DNA of 64,000 nucleotides, taken from contig JADLHF010000191.1 of NCBI GenBank assembly GCA_020848935.1, forward strand, positions 12,082 through 76,081, given 5' to 3'. This DNA comes from Acetobacteraceae bacterium (lineage in GTDB: Bacteria > Pseudomonadota > Alphaproteobacteria > Acetobacterales > Acetobacteraceae). Both the position numbers and the translations under genes were made by a program. Positions 28,501 through 36,102 of this stretch are shown here, piece after piece (positions within the stretch are counted from its first letter, which is position 1; the number at the start of each line of letters is the position of its first letter). The notes under the pieces are model-generated. The model made no database searches and was not told where the DNA came from. It saw only the letters and a list, made by a program, of their open reading frames with translations.

Positions 28501-29755
28501 CGGCGGCTACCCGGTGGTGCTGACCGATGCCGGCACGCCCACCCTCACCGTGCCCGCCCACCTGCTCGGCGACTGGTACATCCGCAACGACGTGCTGGAC
28601 GCCATCGCCACGCCCTGGTCCCTGCAGGTCAGCGGAACCGTCACCGCCGCCACCGCCGCCGCCGTGGCGGCCGAGGACAACAACGTCAAATCCCACCTCG
28701 CCGGCACCATGGCCGTCGCCGACTACAGCTTCAACATCCAACCCTTCCTCGACCATCTCCAGGTGATGCAGGACGCCGGCCGCATCGCCACGCTGGACCT
28801 GCTCGACGGCGCCGTGCCCACCTTCACCCTCACCAGCGCCCAGGCCAGCCAGGACAACGCCACCCTGTCCCTCATCCAACAGGCCTACGTGATCAAGACG
28901 GAGTCCGGCGGCACCGCGCGCGCCACCCTCGCCCAGTTCGGCCAGCTCGCCCTGACCGGCTTCGACGCCAGCTGGTCGATCGACCTGCGCGACCGCCCCT
29001 TCACCCCGGCGAACGTGTCCTTCGTGCGCGACGGAACCAGCAACACGCTCCAGATTGCCGAGAACGGCACCCCGCTCGGCACCGCCGGCCTCGTGCCCGC
29101 CAGTGGCACGGCCTACGACAGCACCAGCTTCTACATGGAAGACGACGGCACCGGCGGCACCCTGATCAAGGCCAGCGCGGCACCGATCGCGGTCACCGAC
29201 ACCACCACCAGCACCAGCTTCGTCACCGGCGGCGCCTTCTACAGCGGCGCCGTCGGCTACCTGCAACGCCAGTTCATCAACCCCACCGGCGACAGCGTGA
29301 ACGTCGCCGCCAACATCCCCAACGTCTTCCTCCACGGCGGCGGCGTCGTCGGCGGCAACGCCCTGCAAGTCCTCTCCGGCAACAACGTCCTCGACGGCGG
29401 CACCGGCTCCAACTTCCTGGTCGGCGGCACCGGCAGCGGGCCCGGCCAGACCGACACCTTCTTCCTCGACGGCCGCGGCGGCGGCGTCAGCTGGGGCACG
29501 GTGGTCAACTTCCACCAGGGCGACGCCGTCACCTTCTGGGGCTGGAAGGACGGCACCACCAATTTCGACTGGTTCGCCAGCGCCGGCGCGTCAGGCTTCG
29601 AGGGCGCCACCATCCACGCCCGCCTCAACGGCGGCGCCGGCGCCTACGACGCCTCGATCACTTTTGCCCACATTGACCTGGCCACCGCCAAGAACTTCAC
29701 CATGCTGACCGGCGATTCCGGCGGCAACAAATACGCCTATTTCCTGTTCAGCTGA
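25529..29755 (+). CDS. Giant repeat protein (1408 aa), probably secreted or surface-located, with a Gly-rich RTX-like C-terminal region
   Basis: Good SD and ATG. The protein is Ala/Thr/Leu-rich and has no Cys. About five ~200-aa super-repeats are marked by F-x-V-x-D-[ST]-x-A-N-I (residues ~108, 335, 734, 937, with a diverged copy near 540) and by LTD-x-GTPT-[IL] modules. The C-terminus has LDGGTGSNFLVGGTGSGPGQTDTFFLDG. There is no N-terminal signal peptide. Confidence 0.85.
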   Translation: MASPSLTAAAAITAFGAGTLPAGSIIADTARTIAANIDALLPLANSGLLTGIALRNGGRPTMVVTPAQATADAAVLALVTSPYVMTQRLTAAQAAGPTLSAGFEGFGVWDTAANIAANLADIEALWRTGTLNAVRLEDSTPPPNFALSAAQVAANIDALRLIGSPFAITLTDAGTPKITLPVWADSEANYSQVIANIASPFTLEINGVMRPTRVAGIIAGINRSGNFETSVPANPIAPFGTTSTALLPANLTVQDYQGKISSFIESLQLAAAAGKLTAILMRDAGVQVLSLTPAQLTASAQAVALFSPNVQLSQIITATQAASPTLDSRFFNFTVQDSVANILANIPAIDALMRAGQLAKLRFTEATPNLQLTAAQLGQAALVLGQAYEDAQSIQLTDLGTPTITIAAAVLANSNVRSNVLNLIAGPFKLVVTGAISAGTAATIVSENNRVLASLDVGGVRIADSGANIGTNIAALTTMGAKVAAIDLLNTGVASLGISIGTATANAATLARITSPYVNATPTATPVTLTAAQLLAQLATLEASARAGTLGTVTLSDAGVPALGMTTAQLVANMEALVKIAGSYTITLSDTGDWNFQAWQMSSGAANVLNHTTPIGSPTLAISGAINAATATVIAQNAGAGSTISPKLQIRDFASNVATNIAGIQTLAAAGFLGGITLIDNGGVGRVILTAAQAAAAPDALAAITSPHALVLSVTAAQALTATVPSGDFDSLHVNDTLANIAANLAGLEKLAANGTITGITYTGTVLNLPAAQVGAHAELLLRLGTGYTINLTDGGTPTIALQEWQLAGNIATLLNRIASPYTLAIDGPIRAQRASTLVAAGATIYTKLVPNSLQIRDYPTSFRGRMDDLLTLVTAGKIASIDTRGGQPPFSLNDGDPTTYAALLARINTPYTLSQYITVAQIAGASLAAPFQSFTVYDSVANILAGLSQVQALAAAGTLGRLQFSDAAPRITTTAATLMSGLDAFAQQDSGGYPVVLTDAGTPTLTVPAHLLGDWYIRNDVLDAIATPWSLQVSGTVTAATAAAVAAEDNNVKSHLAGTMAVADYSFNIQPFLDHLQVMQDAGRIATLDLLDGAVPTFTLTSAQASQDNATLSLIQQAYVIKTESGGTARATLAQFGQLALTGFDASWSIDLRDRPFTPANVSFVRDGTSNTLQIAENGTPLGTAGLVPASGTAYDSTSFYMEDDGTGGTLIKASAAPIAVTDTTTSTSFVTGGAFYSGAVGYLQRQFINPTGDSVNVAANIPNVFLHGGGVVGGNALQVLSGNNVLDGGTGSNFLVGGTGSGPGQTDTFFLDGRGGGVSWGTVVNFHQGDAVTFWGWKDGTTNFDWFASAGASGFEGATIHARLNGGAGAYDASITFAHIDLATAKNFTMLTGDSGGNKYAYFLFS

Positions 29756-29765
29756 CGCATTCACC

Positions 29766-29846
29766 CATGAACGAAAGTTTCTGCTTCTTTTTCCAAAAAG
29801 AAGCGCTTGTTCTTTCTTGAAAAAAAGAACCAAGAAACACCATCAC
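29766..29846. repeat. AT-rich hairpin units, copy 7 (two units joined by their GGAAGG-type ends, no centre)
   Basis: CATGAACGAAAGTTTCTG-CTTCTTTTTCCAAAAAGAAG-CGCT then T-GTTCTTTCTTGAAAAAAAGAAC-CAAGAAACACCATCA. The glycosyltransferase TGA (29843-29845) lies in the degenerate CATTCA tail. Confidence 0.8.
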
Positions 29847-32800
29847 TTGGCGTGCGCCAATGCAACGCCCGGCCGCGCCTTCCGCGCCTTGCGCGCCACC
29901 CCCAGCGTCGCCGACATCTCGGCCAGATAGGCAAGCTGCCGCGCCTCATCCACCGCGTCGCCCAGCACCGCGCGGGCATGCGCCTGCGCCCGGGCGATCT
30001 CGTCCAGGTGGCGCACCGGGTCCATCCCCGCCGTCACCCCCGCGGCATGGCGGCGATGGCGGTTCAACGGCGTCGCCACCCACGCCACCTGCCCCTCGCT
30101 GCGCCCCAGCAGGTCCAGGTACAGATGCCAGTCCCCGGCCATCCGATACTCCGCCAATGCCGGCGCACAGCGGGCTAATGCCGCCCGCAGCGCCGAGCGG
30201 CGGAACAGAATGGCGCTGGCATTGACCAGGAGATTCCGCTCGCCCAGGAACCGCGCCGCGAACTCCCGTGCCGCGAACAGCCCGTCCTGCGCCAGCGCCG
30301 TCACCCCGGCGGCGGCGAAATATTCCTGGTGGCTCTTCCACAGCACCGCGCCCGCGCCATCCACCGCATCGCTGTCGCAGGCCACCGCCACCACGTCCTC
30401 GCCCGTCCCCAGCCGCGCCGCCAGCGCCGCCAGCAGCGCGGGGTCGGCCTCGTCGTCGGACTCGGCAATCCACACCCACTCCCCCGTCGCCCGCTCCACG
30501 CCGCGGCGCCACTGCGCGAACACGCTGCCGGAGTTGCGCCGGTTGGCCACCACCGCCAGCTCCCGCCCCCACGCCGTCGCCTCCGCGCGCGCCACCGCCA
30601 GGCTGTCATCGCCCGAGGCATCGTCCAGCAGCAGCACCTCGGCCACCGGATGGCTCTGGCCGAACACCGACCCCAGCCGCGCGCCCAGATGGCGGGCATG
30701 GTTGTAGTTCGGCACCACCACGCTGATCCGCGCCAGCGCCGGCAACGCCTCGCCCAGCAGGCGCGCGGCGTAGCGCGGGAAATCGAACGCCGCCTGCGCC
30801 CGCCGCGCGGTGTCCAGCCGCGGCGGCGGCGCGGCCAGCAGGCGGGCCAGGGCGGCGGCCATCTCCGGCGGATCGCCCATCGCCACCGCCGCCCCGCCCC
30901 ACTCCGCCAGCATCGGCGCCGTCCCGCCCGCCCCCTCGAACGCCACCACCGGCAACCCGGCCGCCAGCGCCTCCAGCGCCACGGTCGGGAACGGGTCCTC
31001 GCGCGACGGCAGGCAGAACGCATCCGCGGCACTGAACCAGTCCGCCGCATCGTCGCGAAACCCCGGCCGCAGGAACCGCCCGCCCGCCTCGGCGGCGGCG
31101 ATCTCCGGCCCGAGATACGACAGCAGCGCCGGCTCGATCGCCCCGATCCAGGCAAACACCACATCGCCACACCGTCGCGACAGCGCCCGCCAGACCTGGA
31201 GGAACAGGTCGAACCCCTTGCGCATGTCGCCATACCCGGCCCCCAGCACCAGGGGCGTGCCGGCATCCAGCCCCAACTCGGCCCGCAGCCGCTCCCGCGC
31301 GGTGGCATCGAACGCCACGGCGCGATAATTGCCCTGCGGCAGCACCAGCGCCGCCTCCGGCGCGAAATCGGCCACGGTGGCAAATCCATCGCGCACCGCC
31401 GGCGCCGCGAACACGATCCGCCGCGCCGCCGCCGCCCCCGCCCGCGCCGCCCCGCGCGCCCCCTTCTCCGCCAGCAACCGCGGCAGCTCGTGCACCAGCA
31501 GCGTGGCGTCGATGCCCGCCTCGGCCAACAGCGGCACCACCGCCCCGCTGACCGCGCTGTTCACCAGCGCCGCACCAAACCCGCGCGCCGCACAGCCGGC
31601 CAGATGCGCCGGCCAGGAGGCGGCATCCGCCAGCACCGTGGTCGGCGCCACCGCCGCGAACTCGTCGCGCAGCGCCCCGCCGCCCAGCAGCAGGATCTCC
31701 AGCCGCATCCCATGCGCCCGCCACAACTGCCGCGCCAGATGCAGCAGCAGCATCTGCGCGCCGGCCGGAAAGGCATCGTGCCCCACCAGCAGCAGCCCCG
31801 GCACGGCCGCGCCCTCCACCCGGCTCGAACCCGCCTGGCCGGTCACCGCCCGGGCCGTCGCGTTCAGATAGGCGCCGCCGTAATGCACGTCCGGCTCCAG
31901 ATACGCCGCCTCCGCCCATTCGTTCCAGGCATTGACGCACACCAGCGCCTCGCCCCCCACCGGCGCCGCCTGCGCGCGCGCCACCAGGGCCGCCAGCCAC
32001 GCCTGGTATTTCGCCGGCGACGCCCCGTGCAGCACCAGCCCCGCCCCCTGCCGCCGCGCGTCGTTGTCCCATGACGGCACCGCCGTCTTGATCAGCGGAA
32101 ACGCCGGCTCCGCCTCGCCCAGCGAGGCCGCCGCCACGTCGTCATAGGCGAACACCTGCGCCGTGGCACTCGGGTCGAAATAGGTCAGCTCGCCATTGCG
32201 CATCGCCAGCCCGCCCACCAGCTTGTGCGGCGGGAACTCGACGGCGGCATCGAAGCCCAGCGGCCGCGGGTCCATGGCGTCGAAGCTTTGCGACATCACC
32301 AGCAGCGGGTCCTCGCCATGCCGCGCGCGGAACAATTCCCGCCACCGCGCCACCCGCATCGCGGTATCGGGGATCAGCGCCGGGCGATACAGCATCAGCA
32401 GCGCCCGCCCCTGCAGCCGGATATAGCGGGGGTCGGCGAAATGCCGCGCCAGGCAATCCACCAGCGCCTCGTCGTCCGCCTCGCGGTAATCCTGCGCGAT
32501 CAGCACATCCTTGTCGCCGCCATCCCACCGCCGCGTCCAGTTCTCGTTCGCCCACATCAGGCAGAACGGAAAATCCACCCCGCGGTCGGCCAGCATCGCC
32601 TCCACCGGCCGTTCCAGCAGCCGCCGCCCGTTGAACCAGTAGAAGTAGTGCACGAAGCCGCCCAGCCCCGCCCCGCGCGCCAGCGCCACCTGCCGGCGCA
32701 GCGTCGCCGTGCCCTCCAGCGTATAATGGCCCAGGTCGCGCGGCACCCGCGGCTGGTAATGCCCCTGGAACCGCGGCATCGCCCGCGCCGCCGAGGTCCA

Positions 32801-33772
32801 TTCGGTGAATCCCTTGCCCCACCAGGCATCGTTCTCCGCCACCGCATGGAATTGCGGCAGATAGAACGCCAGCACCTTCGCCCGCCGCCGCGCCCCCGGC
32901 GGCAGCGCCACCGGCTCCTCGAAATCCGGCCCCGGCCGCGTGTTGCGCCGCACCGCGTCGAACACCCCGGTCTCGCTCTGCGGCGGCGTCGGGTGCACCC
33001 GCAGCAGCCGGCGGATGCGCCGGTAGTGCAGCAGCGGATTCTCCGACAGGTCGCCGTCCAGGTAGCGACCGATATAGTACCGCGTGTCGAACCCGGCCGA
33101 GGGATTGCGCCCCTCGCGGAACCCCCAGTGCAGGAAGTGCTCGAACGGATCCACCCCGGCGGCGGCAATGTCGGGATAGGTCTCCAGGTAGAACACCGGG
33201 TCGAATTCCGGCAGCGGCGACGTCGACCCGTCCAGCCGCCGGTCCAGGAAGTGGCGCAGCAGCGTCTGCCCCGGCGCCGCGTTGTGCCTGGTGCGGTACC
33301 ACGCCAGGTCGAAATACGGCGCCGGCGCCCGGCACTCGGTCTCGCCGCGCCGGATATAGTGCAGCAGCGGGTTCTGCCCCAGCAGCCCGACATCGGGGTT
33401 CTGCCGCAGATACCATTCGGTGGAGAAATACGGGTTCGGCAGCCGCCCCTCGCGCGCGCCATGGTCGAAGTAATGCGCCACCGGGTCGATGCCCTCGGGA
33501 TCGCTGTAGGCGCGGCCGTACCACGCCGCATCCACCAACCCGCTGGCCAGCAGGTCCGCCAGTTCCCGCTCGCGCCCCTGCTGCCCGGACTGCCCCGATT
33601 GTCCAGATTGGCCCAACTGCCCAGACTGGCCCAACTGCCCAGACTGGCCCGACTGCCCATCCGGCGCCACCAGCGACAGGCTCTCCGACTCGCTGCGCGT
33701 CAGCTGAACCGGCTGGTCGTTCACTGAACGCCACCCCGCGCCCCACCGCGCGCCCCGCACCGCGCCCCGCAC
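29843..33772 (-). CDS. Multidomain glycosyltransferase: repeat-rich N-terminal region, WbsX/GH99-like domain, GT4 domain and GT2 domain
   Basis: WbsX-like: FYLPQFHAVAENDAWWGKGFTEWT...MWANENWTRRWDG. GT4: ..PSREDPFPTVALEALAAGLPVV... GT2: ISVVVPNYNHARHL...LLLDDASGDDS...ESDDE. The N-terminus has a (G-Q-S/L)9 tract and several [FY]D..[FW]Y......D......P..H[FY]...G..EGR..P repeats. A GTG at 33724 is an alternative start. Confidence 0.85.
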   Translation of the reverse strand: MRGAVRGARWGAGWRSVNDQPVQLTRSESESLSLVAPDGQSGQSGQLGQSGQLGQSGQSGQSGQQGRERELADLLASGLVDAAWYGRAYSDPEGIDPVAHYFDHGAREGRLPNPYFSTEWYLRQNPDVGLLGQNPLLHYIRRGETECRAPAPYFDLAWYRTRHNAAPGQTLLRHFLDRRLDGSTSPLPEFDPVFYLETYPDIAAAGVDPFEHFLHWGFREGRNPSAGFDTRYYIGRYLDGDLSENPLLHYRRIRRLLRVHPTPPQSETGVFDAVRRNTRPGPDFEEPVALPPGARRRAKVLAFYLPQFHAVAENDAWWGKGFTEWTSAARAMPRFQGHYQPRVPRDLGHYTLEGTATLRRQVALARGAGLGGFVHYFYWFNGRRLLERPVEAMLADRGVDFPFCLMWANENWTRRWDGGDKDVLIAQDYREADDEALVDCLARHFADPRYIRLQGRALLMLYRPALIPDTAMRVARWRELFRARHGEDPLLVMSQSFDAMDPRPLGFDAAVEFPPHKLVGGLAMRNGELTYFDPSATAQVFAYDDVAAASLGEAEPAFPLIKTAVPSWDNDARRQGAGLVLHGASPAKYQAWLAALVARAQAAPVGGEALVCVNAWNEWAEAAYLEPDVHYGGAYLNATARAVTGQAGSSRVEGAAVPGLLLVGHDAFPAGAQMLLLHLARQLWRAHGMRLEILLLGGGALRDEFAAVAPTTVLADAASWPAHLAGCAARGFGAALVNSAVSGAVVPLLAEAGIDATLLVHELPRLLAEKGARGAARAGAAAARRIVFAAPAVRDGFATVADFAPEAALVLPQGNYRAVAFDATARERLRAELGLDAGTPLVLGAGYGDMRKGFDLFLQVWRALSRRCGDVVFAWIGAIEPALLSYLGPEIAAAEAGGRFLRPGFRDDAADWFSAADAFCLPSREDPFPTVALEALAAGLPVVAFEGAGGTAPMLAEWGGAAVAMGDPPEMAAALARLLAAPPPRLDTARRAQAAFDFPRYAARLLGEALPALARISVVVPNYNHARHLGARLGSVFGQSHPVAEVLLLDDASGDDSLAVARAEATAWGRELAVVANRRNSGSVFAQWRRGVERATGEWVWIAESDDEADPALLAALAARLGTGEDVVAVACDSDAVDGAGAVLWKSHQEYFAAAGVTALAQDGLFAAREFAARFLGERNLLVNASAILFRRSALRAALARCAPALAEYRMAGDWHLYLDLLGRSEGQVAWVATPLNRHRRHAAGVTAGMDPVRHLDEIARAQAHARAVLGDAVDEARQLAYLAEMSATLGVARKARKARPGVALAHAK
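33581..33661. repeat. 9-bp tandem repeat (nine copies) encoding a Gly-X-Y tract
   Basis: Plus-strand CTGCCCGGA CTGCCCCGA TTGTCCAGA TTGGCCCAA CTGCCCAGA CTGGCCCAA CTGCCCAGA CTGGCCCGA CTGCCCATC. On the minus strand it reads GQSGQSGQLGQSGQLGQSGQSGQSGQQG. Confidence 0.9.
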
Positions 33773-34089
33773 CGCGCCATTGCGGGCCGCGTCGCGCCGG
33801 GTCTCGTCATTCCGGGCCGCACCATTCCCTGCCGCGCCATGTCATGCCCGCCGCGCTGAAACCGACCGCTGCATCAAACATGAACCGACCATACAGGCCC
33901 GGTTGGCGGCGGCAATTCGGTAAACTACATTAACGATTATTTTACGTTTTGGAAACCGTTCCGGTAACGCCACGCACCGCCTCGCGCCCGAATCCCCCCG
34001 CCCGAATCCCCCCACCCGAATCCCCCTCCCCTGGCGCCGCCGCCGGACAATGCCACTATGCTGGCCGCCGCAAGACAGGGAATCGCCCG

Positions 34090-35133
34090 ATGACCGCACC
34101 CCGCATGCCATACCGCCCCCTCGGCCGCAGCGGCCTGAAGGTCTCGCCGCTCTGCCTCGGCGCCATGATGTTCGGCGGCCCCACCGACGAAGCCACTTCC
34201 CGCGCCATCGTCGATCGCGCCCGCGACCAGGGCATCAACTTCATCGACACCGCCGATGCCTACAACAACGGCGCCTCCGAGGAGGTCGTCGGCCGCGCCA
34301 TCGCCGCCCGCCGCAACTGGTGGGTCGTCGCCACCAAGCTCGCCAACCCCACCGGCGAAGGCCCCAACGGCACCGGCACCTCCCGCGGCCACGTCCAGCG
34401 CGCCACCGAGGCCAGCCTCCGCCGCCTCGGCGTGGAAGCCATCGACATCATGTACCTCCACAAGGAAGACCACTCCACGCCGCTGGAGGAAACCGTCCGC
34501 GCCCTGGCCGACCTCATCCGCGCGGGAAAACTCCGCCACTTCGGCGTCTCCAACCACCGCGCCTGGCGCCTGGCCGAAATCTGCCGCCTCTGCGACCAGG
34601 CCGGCATCGACCGCCCCGTCGCCAGCCAGCCGCTCTACAACGCGCTGAACCGCATGATCGAGGTCGAGCACCTGCCCGCCTGCGCCCATTTCGGCGTCGG
34701 CGTCTTCCCCTACTCCCCCCTCGCCCGCGGCGTGCTCACCGGCAAATACACCCCCGACATCCCGCCCCAGCCCGGAACCCGCGCCGGCCGCCAGGACCGC
34801 CGCATGATGGAAACCGAATGGCGCCCGGAATCGCTGCACCTCGCCCGCGCCATCGCCGAACACGCCGAAGCCCGCGGCACCACCGCCAGCCGCTTCGCCC
34901 TCGCCTGGGTGCTGAACAACCAGCTCGTCACCGGCGCCATCGCCGGGCCGCGCACCATGGAGCAATGGGACGACTACCTCGCCGCCCTGGACGTCCGCCT
35001 CACGCCGGACGACGAAGCCTTCATCGACCGCCTCGTGCCGCCGGGCCATCCCTCCAGCCCCGGATACAACGATCCCGCCTATCCCATCGAGGGGCGGGTC
35101 GTCAGGCAGCAGGAAGGAAGCGCTTCTTTTTGA
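34090..35133 (+). CDS. Aldo/keto reductase family oxidoreductase
   Basis: YRPLGRSGLKVSPLCLGAMMFG, INFIDTADAYNNGASEE, DIMYLHKED and FGVSNH. The last codons and the TGA (35131-35133) lie inside repeat copy 8. Confidence 0.9.
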   Translation: MTAPRMPYRPLGRSGLKVSPLCLGAMMFGGPTDEATSRAIVDRARDQGINFIDTADAYNNGASEEVVGRAIAARRNWWVVATKLANPTGEGPNGTGTSRGHVQRATEASLRRLGVEAIDIMYLHKEDHSTPLEETVRALADLIRAGKLRHFGVSNHRAWRLAEICRLCDQAGIDRPVASQPLYNALNRMIEVEHLPACAHFGVGVFPYSPLARGVLTGKYTPDIPPQPGTRAGRQDRRMMETEWRPESLHLARAIAEHAEARGTTASRFALAWVLNNQLVTGAIAGPRTMEQWDDYLAALDVRLTPDDEAFIDRLVPPGHPSSPGYNDPAYPIEGRVVRQQEGSASF

Positions 35134-35250
35134 AAAAAGAAGCAAAAATTTTTATTCATTTGTTCCTGGGTATCGAACGTCGCCACAAGATGGACAATGA
35201 ATGAAAGTCTTTTTGCTTCTTTTTCTTCAGAAAAAGAAGACCTTCCTTCA
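35111..35250. repeat. AT-rich double-hairpin element, copy 8
   Basis: AGGAAGGAAGC-GCTTCTTTTTGAAAAAAGAAGC-AAAAATTTTTATTCATT, centre, GAATGAAAGTCTTTTTG-CTTCTTTTTCTTCAGAAAAAGAAG-ACCTTCCTTCA. Confidence 0.92.
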
Positions 35251-35274
35251 CGCAACCACTCAGGATAAAAATCC

Positions 35275-35311
35275 TTGCACCGCCCATCCATCGGCGCTAT
35301 AAGAACGTATC
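35275..35311 (+). promoter_or_regulatory. Sigma-70-like promoter positioned for a leaderless transcript
   Basis: TTGCAC, a 17-nt spacer, TATAAG, 8 nt, then ATG (35312). There is no Shine-Dalgarno sequence. An A-tract (GATAAAAATCC) lies just upstream. Confidence 0.5.
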
Positions 35312-35932
35312 ATGAACACGCCCTCCCCCGCAACGGCCACCGCGATCGAGGCGATCGCCGCGCGGCTCGACGCCATCCTGGCGTCGCTGCTGGTCGTCAT
35401 CGGCCATGGCTGGGGCGTGCTGGGCCTGTTCGCCCAGCCGCTGGTCACCCGGATCGGCCGCGCCCGTCAGCGCCTCGCCCGCCTGCTCACCAGCCTCGCC
35501 GCCGGCCAGGCCCCGCGCCGCCATGCCCCGGGTCCCAGCCGCACCGGCGCCACGCCTCCGATCCAGTTGCCGCGCCGCCGCGCCTGGCTCGTCGCCACGC
35601 TGGGCTACCAGGCCGCCGCCTTCGCCAGCCAGCTCCAGCACCTGCTCGCCGACCCCGCCACCCAGGCCGCCCTGGCCGAGGCCGCCGCCGCCGCGCCCGC
35701 CATCACCCGCACCCTGCGCCCGCTCTGCCGGCTGCTCGGCGTGGACCTGCCGCCGGCCCTGCGCCTGCCCCCGCGCCCCCCGCGCCCCCGGTCGGCAAAG
35801 CCCCCGCGGCCCAAACCCCCGCCGCCCAAACCCCCGCCGCCCAAACCCCCGCCGATGCGCCCGCTCTACCCGCAGAGCCGGCCGCGCCCCATGCCCTTCC
35901 TGCGCCCGCCAGCGAAAATTCGCGACGCCTGA
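35312..35932 (+). CDS. Hypothetical proline-rich protein (paralogue A)
   Basis: High-GC3 ORF with a hydrophobic segment LASLLVVIGHGWGVLGLFAQPLV, then RLARLLTSLAAGQAP, ..TRTLRPLCRLLGVDLP.. and a (PKPPP)3 tail. It shares promoter geometry, flanks and a short motif with the ORF at 48472..48960. Confidence 0.5.
   Translation: MNTPSPATATAIEAIAARLDAILASLLVVIGHGWGVLGLFAQPLVTRIGRARQRLARLLTSLAAGQAPRRHAPGPSRTGATPPIQLPRRRAWLVATLGYQAAAFASQLQHLLADPATQAALAEAAAAAPAITRTLRPLCRLLGVDLPPALRLPPRPPRPRSAKPPRPKPPPPKPPPPKPPPMRPLYPQSRPRPMPFLRPPAKIRDA
35810..35854. repeat. 15-bp tandem repeat, three copies, encoding (PKPPP)3
   Basis: CCCAAACCCCCGCCG occurs three times in the 3' part of the proline-rich gene. Confidence 0.85.
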
Positions 35933-35954
35933 CTCCACGCCAACGCACGTCGTT

Positions 35955-35978
35955 ATTATTACGATATCGTAATATTAT
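35955..35978. promoter_or_regulatory. AT-rich palindrome, copy A
   Basis: ATTATTACGATATCGTAATATTAT has a perfect core palindrome TTACGATATCGTAA. It lies 22 nt after the stop of paralogue A and ~125 nt upstream of the FAH gene start. It matches the site at 48514-48537 at 21 of 24 positions. Confidence 0.55.
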
Positions 35979-36102
35979 TCCAATGCCACCGCCATCTGGC
36001 CCTTTGCCGCCGCCGCGCTAGAATGGCGCGGACAACAGGGAACACCGCCATGTTCATCCCCAGCACGCCCCAGGCACGCCAGCCGATGGTCTCGGGCTGA
36101 CC

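Noticed and set aside
29250-29480. Calling the giant protein a bona fide RTX toxin or calcium-binding hemolysin-type protein.
   Set aside because: Only one or two degenerate GGxGxD-like nonapeptides are present, and no T1SS genes are adjacent. I kept it as an RTX-like hint only.
33920-33975. CtrA-like (TTAA-N7-TTAA) or other cell-cycle regulator sites in the AT-rich patches upstream of the giant glycosyltransferase/AKR genes (TTAACGATTATTTTAC) and upstream of the giant protein (25460-25510, repeated CGTAA/TAACG words).
   Set aside because: Only one half-site matches in each case, and the recurring TAACG/CGTAA words have no consistent spacing. This is too weak to call without a motif scan.
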